From an uncultured SAR86 cluster bacterium (GTDB lineage Bacteria > Pseudomonadota > Gammaproteobacteria > Magnimaribacterales > D2472), in the NCBI GenBank assembly GCA_902560315.1, contig CACELG010000005.1:2652-66651 (forward strand): a stretch of DNA of 64,000 nucleotides, read 5' to 3'. Each line of letters begins with the position of its first letter. Position 1 is the first letter of the stretch. Position numbers and translations under genes: made by a program. The notes under the pieces were generated by a model, which searched no databases, was not told the origin of the DNA, and saw nothing but the letters and a program-made list of their open reading frames with translations. Positions 28,010 through 38,640 of the stretch are shown here, piece by piece.

Positions 28010-29262
28010 GCCAATTAGACCCTCCAAAAAATTTAACTAGAAATGTTTTGGCTGGTATGTTCGCCGGTGTTTTAATAGCTTCAATATTTTTTTATTTTCA
28101 AGACTCAATTTCTCAATCAATTTTTCAAGGCATTGAAAAATATCTTTTTAACTTAGGCGGACAGATATTTAAGAACCTACTTTTATTAATTGTTGTTCCT
28201 CTAGTTTTCTTTTCCTTAGTTTCTGGTATTTCCTCTTTATCAAATATGGTAAAGCTTGGATCAATCGCATCTAAAACGGTTGTACTTTATCTAACTACAA
28301 CTGCATTCGCTGTAATAATAGCTATATTTTTTGGATGGGTTTTTAATATCTCAGGTTATGAGGGGGAGGTAGGATCATTTAATGCTCCCTCTGGCGAGGC
28401 TAGTTTATATGATACTGTATTAAGAATTTTTCCAAATAATATTTTCGGTGCTTTTGTAGAAAATAATATGCTTGGCATTGTTTTTATAAGCATATTATTT
28501 GGCATAGCTTTAAACCTTACTGACGATCTAACAGATAACCTTTCTAAAAATTTTGAAAGGCTAAATATCGTATTTATGAAAATAGTCCTAATAATAATGA
28601 GTTTTGCTCCGATTGGAGTTTTTTGCTTGATGGGAAGTTATGTGATGGACCATGGCTTAAATATCTTTGGAGATTTAATCCAATATGTTCTTATATTAAT
28701 CTTTGTGTTGTTCTTTCATCTTATTTTTACCTACTCATTAATTTTAAAGATATTTGCAAATTTGAATCCAATTATTTTCTTTAAAAAAATGAGAAACGTT
28801 GCCTTGTTTGCATTTTCAACATCATCTAGCGCTGCAACCATTCCTGTAACACTAAAAACAGTCACTGATGATCTTGGTGTAAAAAAAGATGTCTCATCTT
28901 TTGTTATTCCAGTGGGCGCTACTATTAACATGGACGGAACAGCAATAATGCAGGGATTGGCAACAATGTTTATTGCAAGCACTGCTGGAGTAGACTTATC
29001 TATGATTGAATATATGCAAATAGTATTACTTGCTATGGTTGCTTCTATTGGAGCAGCAGCAGTACCGTCTGCAGGAACAATTACTTTAGCTCTAATTTTA
29101 AGTTCATTGGGACTTCCGTTAGATGCCATTGGTTTGATTTTAGCTGTTGACAGAATTTTAGATATGATTAGAACGTCAGTTAATGTTACTGGAGATTCTG
29201 CAGTTGCTTGTATCGTAGCAAATTCAGAAAATCTCTTAGATAAACAAGTATTCAATAAATAA
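28006..29262 (+). CDS. Dicarboxylate/amino acid:cation symporter (DAACS/GltP family)
   Basis: 418 aa. Contains [23 protein letters not shown] and [16 protein letters not shown] motifs. Confidence 0.88.
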   Translation: MSQLDPPKNLTRNVLAGMFAGVLIASIFFYFQDSISQSIFQGIEKYLFNLGGQIFKNLLLLIVVPLVFFSLVSGISSLSNMVKLGSIASKTVVLYLTTTAFAVIIAIFFGWVFNISGYEGEVGSFNAPSGEASLYDTVLRIFPNNIFGAFVENNMLGIVFISILFGIALNLTDDLTDNLSKNFERLNIVFMKIVLIIMSFAPIGVFCLMGSYVMDHGLNIFGDLIQYVLILIFVLFFHLIFTYSLILKIFANLNPIIFFKKMRNVALFAFSTSSSAATIPVTLKTVTDDLGVKKDVSSFVIPVGATINMDGTAIMQGLATMFIASTAGVDLSMIEYMQIVLLAMVASIGAAAVPSAGTITLALILSSLGLPLDAIGLILAVDRILDMIRTSVNVTGDSAVACIVANSENLLDKQVFNK

Positions 29263-29328
29263 AACAAAATATACGTTTTCTTATAAATTATTTGCTAGAA
29301 TGCTTTATTAAAAATAAGGGGTTTCTAT

Positions 29329-31311
29329 ATGGATAATTTAATAATTTCACCAGTTTTAGGTCTATTAGGTATGGCCATGGCATATATAGTTTATATGCTT
29401 GTAATGAAATATCCTGATGGTGAAGATAAAGTAAAAAAGATTGGTGACCAGATCCATACTGGAGCATTAACCTTTATGAAAACAGAATATAAATATCTCT
29501 TTATTTTTATGACAGTGATCGTTGGTTTGGCTTGGTTTGCATTAGGTCCTTACACAGCAATAGCTGTGGTTGTTGGTGCTTTATGTTCATCAATAGCAGG
29601 CTTTATAGGAATGTATGCTGCAACTAAAGCAAATGTAAGAACTGCGACAGCCGCACAAAAAGATGGTCCTGCAGCAGCTTTAACAGTTTCTTTTTATGGG
29701 GGCTCGATAATGGGTCTTTGTGTAGCATCACTCGGTCTAATAGGCTTAGGCGGTTTATATTATTTCTACATACCAGCTGAAATTGATCCTCATAAGCTTG
29801 AAGGTTTTGCTATGGGAGCATCTGTAGTAGCTCTTTTTTCAAGAGTAGGCGGAGGAATTTTCACAAAAAGTGCAGATGTTGGAGCTGATCTTGTTGGCAA
29901 GATTGAAGCTGGCATCCCTGAAGATGATCCAAGAAACCCTGGTGTTATAGCAGACAATGTAGGTGATAATGTTGGCGATGTTGCTGGGATGGGTTCAGAT
30001 ATATTTGAGTCATATTGTGGTTCTATGATCGCATCAATAGCTATAGCTTATACTTTAGGTAACAAAGATATGATGATGCTACCTCTAGCCTTAGCATCAA
30101 CTGGTTTAATAGCATCAATAATCGGAATATTTATAGTTAAGCTTCAGTCAGCAAAAGCTCCTGCGAGTGCATTGAGATCTGGAACTCTTTTAGCGCCAGT
30201 TATATTTGTGGCTATGGCTTATTTCATAATCGACTCTTTTAATGGAGTTGGGATGAATGTATGGTGGTGTGTAATCGCTGGTGCAGTAGGAGGAGTCTTA
30301 ATCGGACTTATTACAGAATATTACACAGGCGGTAGCCCAGTTAAAAAAATTGCTGAATCAGGAGAGACTGGTTCTGCAACAGTAATGATTTCAGGATTAT
30401 CAGTTGGAATGCAATCAGTTGTTATACCTATTGTTATATTAGCTGGTATTATTCTTGCCTCAACTCAATTATCAGGTATTTATGGTGTTGGAATTGCTGC
30501 AGTTGGTATGCTTGCAACTGTTGGAATTACAATGGCAATAGACGCATATGGACCGGTTGCAGATAATGCTGGCGGTATTGCTGAAATGTCAGGTATGGGT
30601 GAAGAAGTAAGAGAGATCACTGATTCTCTTGACGAATTAGGTAATACTACTGCTGCCATTGGAAAAGGTTTTGCAATTGGAGCAGCAGCTTTAGCTGCCC
30701 TAGCAATAATTTCAGCTTTTTCAGCTGTAGTAGCGGATGCAAATCCCGAATTTTCATTAGCACTTACAGAACCAATTGTTTTAGTTGGAATGTTTATTGG
30801 AGTATGTATACCTTTCCTAGTTTCTTCAATAACCATGACAGCAGTTGGAGATGCAGCTTTTGAAATGATTAATGAAATAAGAAGACAATTTAAGGAGATA
30901 CCAGGTTTAATGGAAGGTTCAGCAGAGCCAGACTCTGAAAAATGTGTTGAAATTGCTACAACAGCAGCCCTTAAGAAAATGATGTTACCTGGAGTAATAG
31001 CAGTATCAATGCCAGCTATTGTTGGTTTTGGGCTTGGCGCACAAGCCTTGGGTGGAATGCTTGCTGGTGGATTGCTTGGTTGTGTTTCATTAGCGCTGAT
31101 GATGGCAAATGCTGGTGGTGCTTGGGATAATGCAAAAAAATATGTTGAGAAAGGCAATTTAGGTGGAAAAGGATCAGATACTCATGCTGCGGCTGTAGTT
31201 GGAGACACTGTTGGAGATCCTTTTAAAGACACTTCTGGACCATCAATGAACATTTTAATTAATGTTATGGCGATAGTAAGTCTTGTTATAGCACCTTTAT
31301 TAAGTATTTAA
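29329..31311 (+). CDS. hppA: Membrane-integral ion-translocating pyrophosphatase (K+-dependent subfamily signature)
   Basis: 660 aa. Contains [41 protein letters not shown] and [10 protein letters not shown] motifs. Confidence 0.92.
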   Translation: MDNLIISPVLGLLGMAMAYIVYMLVMKYPDGEDKVKKIGDQIHTGALTFMKTEYKYLFIFMTVIVGLAWFALGPYTAIAVVVGALCSSIAGFIGMYAATKANVRTATAAQKDGPAAALTVSFYGGSIMGLCVASLGLIGLGGLYYFYIPAEIDPHKLEGFAMGASVVALFSRVGGGIFTKSADVGADLVGKIEAGIPEDDPRNPGVIADNVGDNVGDVAGMGSDIFESYCGSMIASIAIAYTLGNKDMMMLPLALASTGLIASIIGIFIVKLQSAKAPASALRSGTLLAPVIFVAMAYFIIDSFNGVGMNVWWCVIAGAVGGVLIGLITEYYTGGSPVKKIAESGETGSATVMISGLSVGMQSVVIPIVILAGIILASTQLSGIYGVGIAAVGMLATVGITMAIDAYGPVADNAGGIAEMSGMGEEVREITDSLDELGNTTAAIGKGFAIGAAALAALAIISAFSAVVADANPEFSLALTEPIVLVGMFIGVCIPFLVSSITMTAVGDAAFEMINEIRRQFKEIPGLMEGSAEPDSEKCVEIATTAALKKMMLPGVIAVSMPAIVGFGLGAQALGGMLAGGLLGCVSLALMMANAGGAWDNAKKYVEKGNLGGKGSDTHAAAVVGDTVGDPFKDTSGPSMNILINVMAIVSLVIAPLLSI

Positions 31312-31327
31312 ATATATTAAAAACAAG

Positions 31328-31357
31328 AATCCAGGGTTGCGACTCTGGATTTTTTTT
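31328..31357 (+). terminator. Rho-independent terminator after hppA
   Basis: AATCCAGGGT, TGCG loop, ACTCTGGATT. This is a 10-bp stem with one G-U pair, followed by a T-run. Confidence 0.85.
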
Positions 31358-31372
31358 GACTAAATGTAAAGA

Positions 31373-32038
31373 ATGAAAAAAAATATTTTAGTTTTTGGTT
31401 ATGGTGATCTTGCTCAAAGATTAAGACTCATTGTTAATAAAGATTTATATGAGTTATTTGGAGTCTCTAGAACAAACAAAGAAACTGAGTTAAGAAATCA
31501 TATTAGCTGGAACTGGCTTTCAAAAGATAACCCGAAATTAAACGCAAAAGATTTTGACACAATAATATTTATTCCAAAACCAAGTTCATTTGAAGAAGAA
31601 GGTTATATAGATGGATTTATTGAGTCTTCTGAAAATATTTATAAATCAATAAAAGGAATATCTTTTAAAAGATTTATTTCTATTTCCTCTACAAGAGTAT
31701 ATGGAAAAGATAAACAAAATACTCATTTTGAATCTGATGACCCAATTCCAGATGACTTCAGGGGGAAAATAATTAAACAATATGAATTAAATCAAATTAA
31801 AAGATACTCAGATAAATTAATTATTTTGAGATTATCAGGTCTATATGATTCGCTGCCAGATAAGAATTTCATAAACTATTTAAAAAGAGACAATGCATCA
31901 AAGATAATTAACTTTTTTATTGAAACCGGCTTTAATTTTAAATCACATGAGATTTTTAATTGCTCTGAAGATAGAAATGATGGTAAGGGCAATATTTCAA
32001 ATACAAAATTAAAAGAAATAGGATTTATTTTTGCTTGA
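31373..32038 (+). CDS. Rossmann-like NAD-dependent epimerase/dehydratase-family protein (degenerate)
   Basis: 221 aa. It has N-terminal ILVFGYGDLA and a later SSTRVYG motif. The assignment is weak. Confidence 0.45.
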   Translation: MKKNILVFGYGDLAQRLRLIVNKDLYELFGVSRTNKETELRNHISWNWLSKDNPKLNAKDFDTIIFIPKPSSFEEEGYIDGFIESSENIYKSIKGISFKRFISISSTRVYGKDKQNTHFESDDPIPDDFRGKIIKQYELNQIKRYSDKLIILRLSGLYDSLPDKNFINYLKRDNASKIINFFIETGFNFKSHEIFNCSEDRNDGKGNISNTKLKEIGFIFA

Positions 32039-32079
32039 TTTAACTAGAACTTAAACCTTTTGCAAAATACAATAATTAG

Positions 32080-32928
32080 ATGATTAGCAGCATGACCGGA
32101 TACGGTTTATCAAGTTCAATTGAAGGTGATTCAGAAATAACTATTGAAATAAAAGGAGTCAATCATAAATTTCTTGAAATATCTTTGAAATCTCATGAAA
32201 TTAACAATGATATTGATCAATATATTAGAAATGCGGTAGGTAAGAATATTGTTCGAGGCAAGGTTGATATAAAAATAAAATCTAAATCACCTTCAGATAC
32301 AAAATACTTTATTGATAATAAATTGTTAAAAAATCTAAAAAAATCCATAAAAGACAATTTGGGCATTGAAGAACATTTAAAATTTTCTGATATAAAAGAC
32401 ATTCCTGGAATTCTAAATATAGAGACAAAAAAAAAGACAAACAATAAATTTATTAAAAGAGAGTTTAACAAAGCTTTAAAAGATTTTGTCGATTCGAGAA
32501 ATAAAGAGGGTATGAAAATTAAAAAAGTTATTGATAAAAAGATCAAAGGTATAGATTACTTAGTATCTAAAATTCTTAAACAAAGTAAAAAAAATATTAA
32601 TAGACGCTTAAAATCATATAAAGAAAAAGTGACTAGCCTAATTGAAGATTTTGATGAAGTAAGGATGGGGCAAGAAATTGCCTTACTGGCACTCAAACAT
32701 GATGTCTCAGAAGAGCTAGATAGGATCTCTTTTCATAGCAAATCATTAAATGATGAGATTAATAAAAAAAATGGTAGTGGTAAAAAGATTGATTTTGTAT
32801 TGCAGGAACTCTTTAGGGAGGCAAATACATTATCCGTAAAGCTTGATGATCCAAATTCAAAGAATTTTGCACTTGATATAAAATTATTAATTGAAGAAAT
32901 GCGAGAACAAATTCAAAATGTCGAATAG
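32080..32928 (+). CDS. yicC: YicC-family stress-induced endoribonuclease-like protein
   Basis: 282 aa. It has an MISSMTGYG start and a C-terminal FVLQELFREANTLSVK motif. Confidence 0.85.
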   Translation: MISSMTGYGLSSSIEGDSEITIEIKGVNHKFLEISLKSHEINNDIDQYIRNAVGKNIVRGKVDIKIKSKSPSDTKYFIDNKLLKNLKKSIKDNLGIEEHLKFSDIKDIPGILNIETKKKTNNKFIKREFNKALKDFVDSRNKEGMKIKKVIDKKIKGIDYLVSKILKQSKKNINRRLKSYKEKVTSLIEDFDEVRMGQEIALLALKHDVSEELDRISFHSKSLNDEINKKNGSGKKIDFVLQELFREANTLSVKLDDPNSKNFALDIKLLIEEMREQIQNVE

Positions 32929-33532
32929 TGGGAAATTAATTATTTTTGCTGCTCCTTCTGGTGCTGGGAAATCATCGCTAATAAAAAAAATTATAGAAAT
33001 TAGTGAAAATAAATTAGAACTATCAGTTTCAGCTACTACAAGGCTTCCTCGTGAAGGAGAAACTCATGGCAAAGATTATTTCTTTATTTCTGATAAAGAG
33101 TTTAATGAGCTCAAGAATAATAAAGCATTCATAGAATGTGCAGACGTTCATGGTCACAAGTATGGAACTTTAAAATCATTTGTTGATGAGAAACTTGAAG
33201 AAGGTATTTACGTTATTTTAGATATTGACGTTCAAGGATTTACTCAAATTAAAAATGCCACAGAAGATACAGTATCCATTTTTATAATTCCACCAACTTT
33301 TGATGAATTAAAGAAAAGGCTAACTTTACGAGGCCTTGATCTTGATGAAGCTATTAAAAAAAGATTAGAAAATGCAAAGGAAGAGCTTAAACAGGCAGAA
33401 TTTTTTGATTATATTATTTTAAATGATAACTTTGATAAAGCTGTAGAAGAAATATCTTCCATTATATTTAGCGAAAATTATGAATATAATAGTCAAGATA
33501 ATCTTAATATATTAAAGGATTTATTGGATTAA
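32918..33532 (+). CDS. gmk: Guanylate kinase
   Basis: Track ORF (TTG 32891) trimmed to ATG 32918. It has the P-loop AAPSGAGKSSL and TTR.PR.GE..G.DY motifs. Confidence 0.9.
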   Translation: MSNSGKLIIFAAPSGAGKSSLIKKIIEISENKLELSVSATTRLPREGETHGKDYFFISDKEFNELKNNKAFIECADVHGHKYGTLKSFVDEKLEEGIYVILDIDVQGFTQIKNATEDTVSIFIIPPTFDELKKRLTLRGLDLDEAIKKRLENAKEELKQAEFFDYIILNDNFDKAVEEISSIIFSENYEYNSQDNLNILKDLLD

Positions 33533-33575
33533 TATTGTATTTGGAATTAGAATACTCGTCCCAGGAGAATATTAA

Positions 33576-33845
33576 ATGGCAAGAATCACAGTAGAAGATT
33601 GTTTGGAAAAGATACCAAGTAGATTTGATTTGATACTAATGGCATCAAAAAGAGCAAGACAGTTATCAACCACAAGCAGAGATCCGCTTGTAGAATGGGA
33701 TAATGATAAGCCGACTTTAGTTGCCTTAAGAGAAATTGAAGAAGGTCTTATTGATCAAGAAACTCTTGAAAAAACCCTTGAAGAAGATGTTTTATTAGAT
33801 GAATTTTCTGTTCCAAATAATCAAGAAAACGATAATATAGGATAA
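33576..33845 (+). CDS. rpoZ: RNA polymerase omega subunit
   Basis: 89 aa starting [30 protein letters not shown]. Confidence 0.95.
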   Translation: MARITVEDCLEKIPSRFDLILMASKRARQLSTTSRDPLVEWDNDKPTLVALREIEEGLIDQETLEKTLEEDVLLDEFSVPNNQENDNIG

Positions 33846-33868
33846 ATGACTATAAGTAGGGGACTATC

Positions 33869-36052
33869 TTGAGCGAACATGCTCTTCCAAACATACTGCT
33901 TAATAATTTATCTGAAGATTCTCTTATAAAGCTCCCATCAAATTTCTATAAAGGAGCAAAAAAATATCTCTCTAACGTAGATATAAAAAAAGTTCAAAAA
34001 GCATATTCAGTAGCTTTTTACGCACATGAAGGACAAGAAAGAAGAGATGGATCTAAATATATTACCCATCCTACTGCAGTTGCAAGCATCCTTTTAGATT
34101 TAAGAATGGATCCTGACTCTATATGTGCAGCGCTGATGCATGATGTCTTAGAAGACTGTGATATTAACAAAAAAAACTTAATTCAATTATTTGGAAATGA
34201 TGTGGCTGAAATAGTTGATGGTGTAAGTAAATTGGGGAAGCTTGATATAACTAGTAGGTTAGAAAGAGATGCAAATAATCTTCAAAAAATGATGCTAGCT
34301 ATGTCAAAAGATGCAAGAGTGATTTTGGTTAAGATATGTGACCGCCTACATAATATGAGAACAATTGAACATCTTCCAAGATCTAAACAAATTATAAAAT
34401 CAAAAGAAACAATTGAGCTATATGGCCCGCTAGCGTTGAGAATAGGTATGCAGGATATCAGAGCTGAATTAGAAGATCTTGCATTTAAGTGTTTACATCC
34501 TTTAAGAGCAACGATGCTAGAGAGCGCAATTAATAAATCTAGTGGAGGAAGGAAAAGAATTGTTTCAAAGATTAGAAAAGAATTAAAACGTCACCTCAAA
34601 TCTAATGGTATAAAAGAAGTTGGAGTTAAAGGTAGAGAAAAAAATATATATAGCATCTATAGAAAGATTAAATCAAAACATAAACCTTTTTCAGAAATTT
34701 TAGATGTATACGGATTTAGAATACTTGTTGATTCAATAGATGAGTGTTACAGGGCTCTTGGCGTTATTCATAATTATTTTTCACCTATAGAAAATAGATT
34801 TAAAGACTATATTGCTATTCCAAAAAGTAATGGCTATCAAGCTCTTCATACAAGTCTATTGGCCTTAAACGCATTTCCAATTGAGGTTCAGATTCAAACA
34901 AGAAATATGTCTGAGATTGCAAGTTTTGGTATTGCAGCACACTGGCAGTACAAAACAAAAGACAAAAATAAAGGAACAGAACTCCGAGCTACTAGATGGC
35001 TATCTGGCTTAGCTGACCTTCAAAAAAAATCTAATAATCCATCAGAGTTTGCTCAATCAATTAAAACAGACCTAGACTCTAATGAAGTTTATTTATTTTC
35101 ACCAAAAGGAGATATATATGCATTAAGAAAAGGCTCAACTCCAATAGATTTCGCATACGAAGTTCACACTGATTTAGGCGACACAATTATAGGTTGTAAG
35201 GTTAATAGAAGTGAAGTTCCCCTTAATATTGAATTAGAAACAGGACAAACAGTTGAGATTATCTCATCAAAGACAAATTCTGAATTAGATCCGTCTTGGT
35301 TGAATTATGTCGTTACCAGTAAGGCTAGGAGTGCCATTAGATCTAGATTGAGGAAACAAAAAATATCAGATGCTAGAAAGGCTGGAAAAGTAATGCTTGA
35401 AACAGAGCTAAAAAGAGGGGGTTCAAACCTTTCAGAATATAGAGGAAATTCGCTGAAAAAAATTCTTGATTCAATTGGCGTAACATCTTTAAACAAATTG
35501 CTTACAGACTTAGGGTTAGGCAAAAGAACTGGGAGTATTATTGCTGAGAGATTTTATTCTGGATTACAAATAAGAGAGGGTATCAAGGAACCAAAACCAG
35601 TATTAATTGTTGATAATAAGATAGAAAGTGTAACTGTAAGATTTGCAAAATGTTGCTTGCCTGTATATGGAGACAAAGTTGTAGCACACTCAGATACAGA
35701 GAGAGGAATGGTTATTCATCACGAAAGATGCAAACAAGTCACACCTTTTATAAAAAAAGACTCAAGGTATATGTCAGCAATTTGGGGAGAAAACAAAAAA
35801 GATCATTTATATAAGGCTAAAATTGATGTAAATACAGAAGATAAAGTAGGAGTTTTATCAGATTTAGGGTCAGTTTTTGCAAGATCAGGAATTAACATTG
35901 GTTCAGTAAACACTAAAACAATTGATAAAAGATTTGCAGGTTTCGAAATGCAAATTGAAGTAAAAAATAAAACAGATCTAAGCGTAATTATGCAGAAGAT
36001 AAGAGCAATGAAAATTACTACAAGTTGTAAACGAAACATAAATGATAAATAG
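33869..36052 (+). CDS. spoT: Bifunctional (p)ppGpp synthetase/hydrolase
   Basis: 727 aa. It has an HD hydrolase domain (HPTAVASIL...MHDVLED), a RelA/SpoT synthetase domain, and TGS and ACT regions. It starts at TTG with AGGGGA upstream and follows rpoZ. Confidence 0.9.
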   Translation: MSEHALPNILLNNLSEDSLIKLPSNFYKGAKKYLSNVDIKKVQKAYSVAFYAHEGQERRDGSKYITHPTAVASILLDLRMDPDSICAALMHDVLEDCDINKKNLIQLFGNDVAEIVDGVSKLGKLDITSRLERDANNLQKMMLAMSKDARVILVKICDRLHNMRTIEHLPRSKQIIKSKETIELYGPLALRIGMQDIRAELEDLAFKCLHPLRATMLESAINKSSGGRKRIVSKIRKELKRHLKSNGIKEVGVKGREKNIYSIYRKIKSKHKPFSEILDVYGFRILVDSIDECYRALGVIHNYFSPIENRFKDYIAIPKSNGYQALHTSLLALNAFPIEVQIQTRNMSEIASFGIAAHWQYKTKDKNKGTELRATRWLSGLADLQKKSNNPSEFAQSIKTDLDSNEVYLFSPKGDIYALRKGSTPIDFAYEVHTDLGDTIIGCKVNRSEVPLNIELETGQTVEIISSKTNSELDPSWLNYVVTSKARSAIRSRLRKQKISDARKAGKVMLETELKRGGSNLSEYRGNSLKKILDSIGVTSLNKLLTDLGLGKRTGSIIAERFYSGLQIREGIKEPKPVLIVDNKIESVTVRFAKCCLPVYGDKVVAHSDTERGMVIHHERCKQVTPFIKKDSRYMSAIWGENKKDHLYKAKIDVNTEDKVGVLSDLGSVFARSGINIGSVNTKTIDKRFAGFEMQIEVKNKTDLSVIMQKIRAMKITTSCKRNINDK

Positions 36053-36125
36053 TAAAATAGGAGTACTTTTTTTATGTACAATTCTTATATTAACAATTTC
36101 AATTTTTTCTAAGGAGCTCAACCAA

Positions 36126-36512
36126 ATGTCAAAAGAAATTATTTCAACAAAAAATGCACCTCAAGCAATAGGACCATATTCCCAAGCAGTTAAGACAGGA
36201 AACTTAATGTTTATCTCTGGACAAATACCTTTAAATCCTGAAACAGGGGATTTAGTATCAGGATCCATAGAGGACGAAGCAAATCAAGTTCTAAACAATA
36301 TTAAAAGTATTTGTGAAGCGGCTGGCAATAGCTTAGAAGATATTGTAAAAATAACAATTTTTCTTACAGATTTAGATAACTTTGCAACCGTTAATGAAGT
36401 TATGAAAGCGCATTTTTCTGAACCATATCCTGCAAGAGCAACTATTGAGGTTTCAGGACTTCCACTAGGCGTAAATGTAGAAATTGAGGCAATAGTATCC
36501 ACTAATGGCTAA
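36126..36512 (+). CDS. ridA: RidA/YjgF-family reactive enamine/imine deaminase
   Basis: Track ORF trimmed to Met29, which has an AAGGAG RBS. Contains APQAIGPYSQA and ARATIEVSGLP motifs. Confidence 0.9.
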   Translation: MSKEIISTKNAPQAIGPYSQAVKTGNLMFISGQIPLNPETGDLVSGSIEDEANQVLNNIKSICEAAGNSLEDIVKITIFLTDLDNFATVNEVMKAHFSEPYPARATIEVSGLPLGVNVEIEAIVSTNG

Positions 36513-37410
36513 AAATCTTCTTTCAATTAGCGACCTATCTAAACAAGATATGTTAGATCTAATAGAATTTTCCAATAATTTTATTGATGATCAAGGTAAT
36601 TTTAGAAAAGAAGATCTTTTCCCAGACAAAATAGTAGCAAATGTTTTTTGTGAACCAAGTACTAGAACCAAATCATCCTTTGCAATAGCTGCTAGCAATC
36701 TTGGATGTTCTGTAATTGATTTTGATATCAATACCTCTTCTATTCAAAAGGGAGAGTCTATATATGAAACTATTGATGCCCTTAATCTTATGGGTGTTGA
36801 TCTATGTGTCTTAAGACATCCCGAATCTGTTATCAGGGAGTTAGCAGAATCTTTGCCAAAGATGTCTTTTGTAAATGCTGGAGAGGGCTCTATATCTCAT
36901 CCAACTCAAGCGCTCTTGGATATGAAAACAATAATAGATCATAAGGATTCTTTAGATAATTTAAATATTGTAATTATTGGAGACTTGGATCATTCACGAG
37001 TCACTTCATCTTTTGTTGAAGGCATTGCAAATTTCGATATTGGCTCTTTAACATTGTGTGGGCATCCTGAGATGTGTACAAATTATCAAAATCCTAAAAC
37101 GGGTAACTACGAATCAGATATGAGTAAGGCTTTACAAGATGCAGATGTTGTTATGACTCTAAGGATTCAACATGAAAGATTTGAAAATGAATTAAATCTT
37201 GATTTAGAAACATACAAATCCTCTTATCAGCTCTCATCAGAAAAACTTGAGTCCGCAAAAGGCGATGTTATTGTGATGCATCCAGGACCAGTGAACTATA
37301 TTGAAATCACTGAAGCTGTCTATGATTCAGAAAACTCAGTAATTAGACAACAGATTGCAAATGGAGTTGCAGTTAGGATGGCAGTCTTATCGAGATTTCT
37401 GGGAAGCTAA
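36505..37410 (+). CDS. pyrB: Aspartate carbamoyltransferase catalytic subunit
   Basis: 301 aa. Contains EPSTRTKSSF, HPTQALLD and MHPGP motifs. Confidence 0.88.
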   Translation: MAKNLLSISDLSKQDMLDLIEFSNNFIDDQGNFRKEDLFPDKIVANVFCEPSTRTKSSFAIAASNLGCSVIDFDINTSSIQKGESIYETIDALNLMGVDLCVLRHPESVIRELAESLPKMSFVNAGEGSISHPTQALLDMKTIIDHKDSLDNLNIVIIGDLDHSRVTSSFVEGIANFDIGSLTLCGHPEMCTNYQNPKTGNYESDMSKALQDADVVMTLRIQHERFENELNLDLETYKSSYQLSSEKLESAKGDVIVMHPGPVNYIEITEAVYDSENSVIRQQIANGVAVRMAVLSRFLGS

Positions 37411-38001
37411 AGTATTCTTAACGGTTTCAACTATAGCAATTGTGTTTTGATCAATTTCTACATTTACTAGGGAATCTTTTTTAAGATTTTTTAGATTAGT
37501 TACTGATAATGTTTCTGGAATTAGATGAATATAAAATGAATCTTTGTTAACTTTTCCAAGAGTAAGACTGCACCCATTTAATCCTATGTAGCCTTTTTCA
37601 AAAATATATTCTTTATATTTGGCAGAAAATTTAATAAGAATATCCCCAGTTGAATCTTTAAAGGAAGTCTTGATAACTTTTCCTGTGAAATGAATATGAC
37701 CTGACATTAAATGACCGCCAACTTCTGTTGAAGCATTTATTGATCTTTCCAAATTTACAAGAGAGCCTTTTGAAAGCGTTTTGAGGTTTGTTCTTTTAAG
37801 AGTTTCTTCAATAACATCAAATCGTAATTTATTTTTACCATTATCTAATGAAGTTAAACAGACACCATCAACAGAAATACTGGCGCCTTTCTTTAATTTT
37901 TTATTGAAATTCTTTGGAGCAGATATTTCAAAAGTAATGTGATCTTTTTTTGTTGTTATTTTTGAGACTTTACCAGTGCCTTGAACAATCCCAGAAAACA
38001 T
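37387..38001 (-). CDS. ribE: Riboflavin synthase alpha chain
   Basis: 204 aa. It has an MFSGIVQGTG start and duplicated lumazine-binding repeats (VDGVCLT / LNGCSLT). Confidence 0.9.
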   Translation of the reverse strand: MFSGIVQGTGKVSKITTKKDHITFEISAPKNFNKKLKKGASISVDGVCLTSLDNGKNKLRFDVIEETLKRTNLKTLSKGSLVNLERSINASTEVGGHLMSGHIHFTGKVIKTSFKDSTGDILIKFSAKYKEYIFEKGYIGLNGCSLTLGKVNKDSFYIHLIPETLSVTNLKNLKKDSLVNVEIDQNTIAIVETVKNTLASQKSR

Positions 38002-38640
38002 TTAAGCGCTCCAAGTTTCTCTATATTCATTTAATTGAGATAGATAGCTGTTAAATTCAGACTCTTTCTCAACAAATGTAATTAATGTATCCAAGTTGAC
38101 TATTGACTCAACCCTAAGATTAAATTCATTTTTAAGCTCTTCACTTGATGAGATTTTAGATTGTCCCTTTTCTTGCCTATCCAATCCAACAATAAAACAT
38201 GCAGGAATTGCATCCAGGCTATGTATTGATTCAATAGATTCTCTTCCCGCTGTTCCTGCTGATAGAACATCATCAATAATCAAAACTTTCCCTTTAGGAT
38301 TTGCTCCAATAATATCTCCACCTTCACCATGATTTTTTTCTTCCTTTCTATTAAATGATAGTGGATAATTTTTTCCTTGCTCACTGAACAAGGCTGCCAC
38401 TATAGAACCAAGAAATATTCCTTTGTATGCAGGACCATAAATACAATCAAAATCTAAATCTTTATCATTTATGGCGTCAACATAACACTTTGCAAGCTCA
38501 TATAAATTAAACCCATTTAGCATATTTGCTGCATTGAAAAAATATGGGCTTAGCCTTCCTGACTTTAGTTTAAATTCTCCAAACTCAAGGGCTTTAGCCT
38601 TAATTGCTAAATTTAAGAATGATTGTTGATAGTCTTTCAC
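38002..38640 (-). CDS. pyrE: Orotate phosphoribosyltransferase
   Basis: 212 aa. Contains FGEFKLKSGRLSPYFFN and the PRPP loop VLIIDDVLSAGTA. Confidence 0.92.
   Translation of the reverse strand: MKDYQQSFLNLAIKAKALEFGEFKLKSGRLSPYFFNAANMLNGFNLYELAKCYVDAINDKDLDFDCIYGPAYKGIFLGSIVAALFSEQGKNYPLSFNRKEEKNHGEGGDIIGANPKGKVLIIDDVLSAGTAGRESIESIHSLDAIPACFIVGLDRQEKGQSKISSSEELKNEFNLRVESIVNLDTLITFVEKESEFNSYLSQLNEYRETWSA

Noticed and set aside
27826-28014. 62-aa minus-strand ORF listed in the track between ubiC and the symporter.
   Set aside because: The plus strand here encodes a textbook rubredoxin (27836-28009). The minus-strand ORF is its antisense shadow.
30480-31157. Long antisense ORFs in the track: 225 aa inside hppA, 178 aa at 28731-29267 inside the DAACS gene, 162 aa at 52202-52690 inside an SDR, and 122-aa ORFs at 723-1380 inside exbB/exbD.
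   Set aside because: Each lies fully inside a well-supported gene on the opposite strand and has a low-complexity Ala/Pro/Ser/Ile-rich composition with no recognisable motif. These are typical shadow ORFs.
15630-31311. Apparently higher G+C in the DMGDH-like gene, glnII and hppA as evidence of horizontal transfer.
   Set aside because: I cannot compute composition here. These are highly conserved, Gly/Ala-rich enzymes whose amino-acid content raises GC in AT-rich genomes. No boundary features of islands are present.
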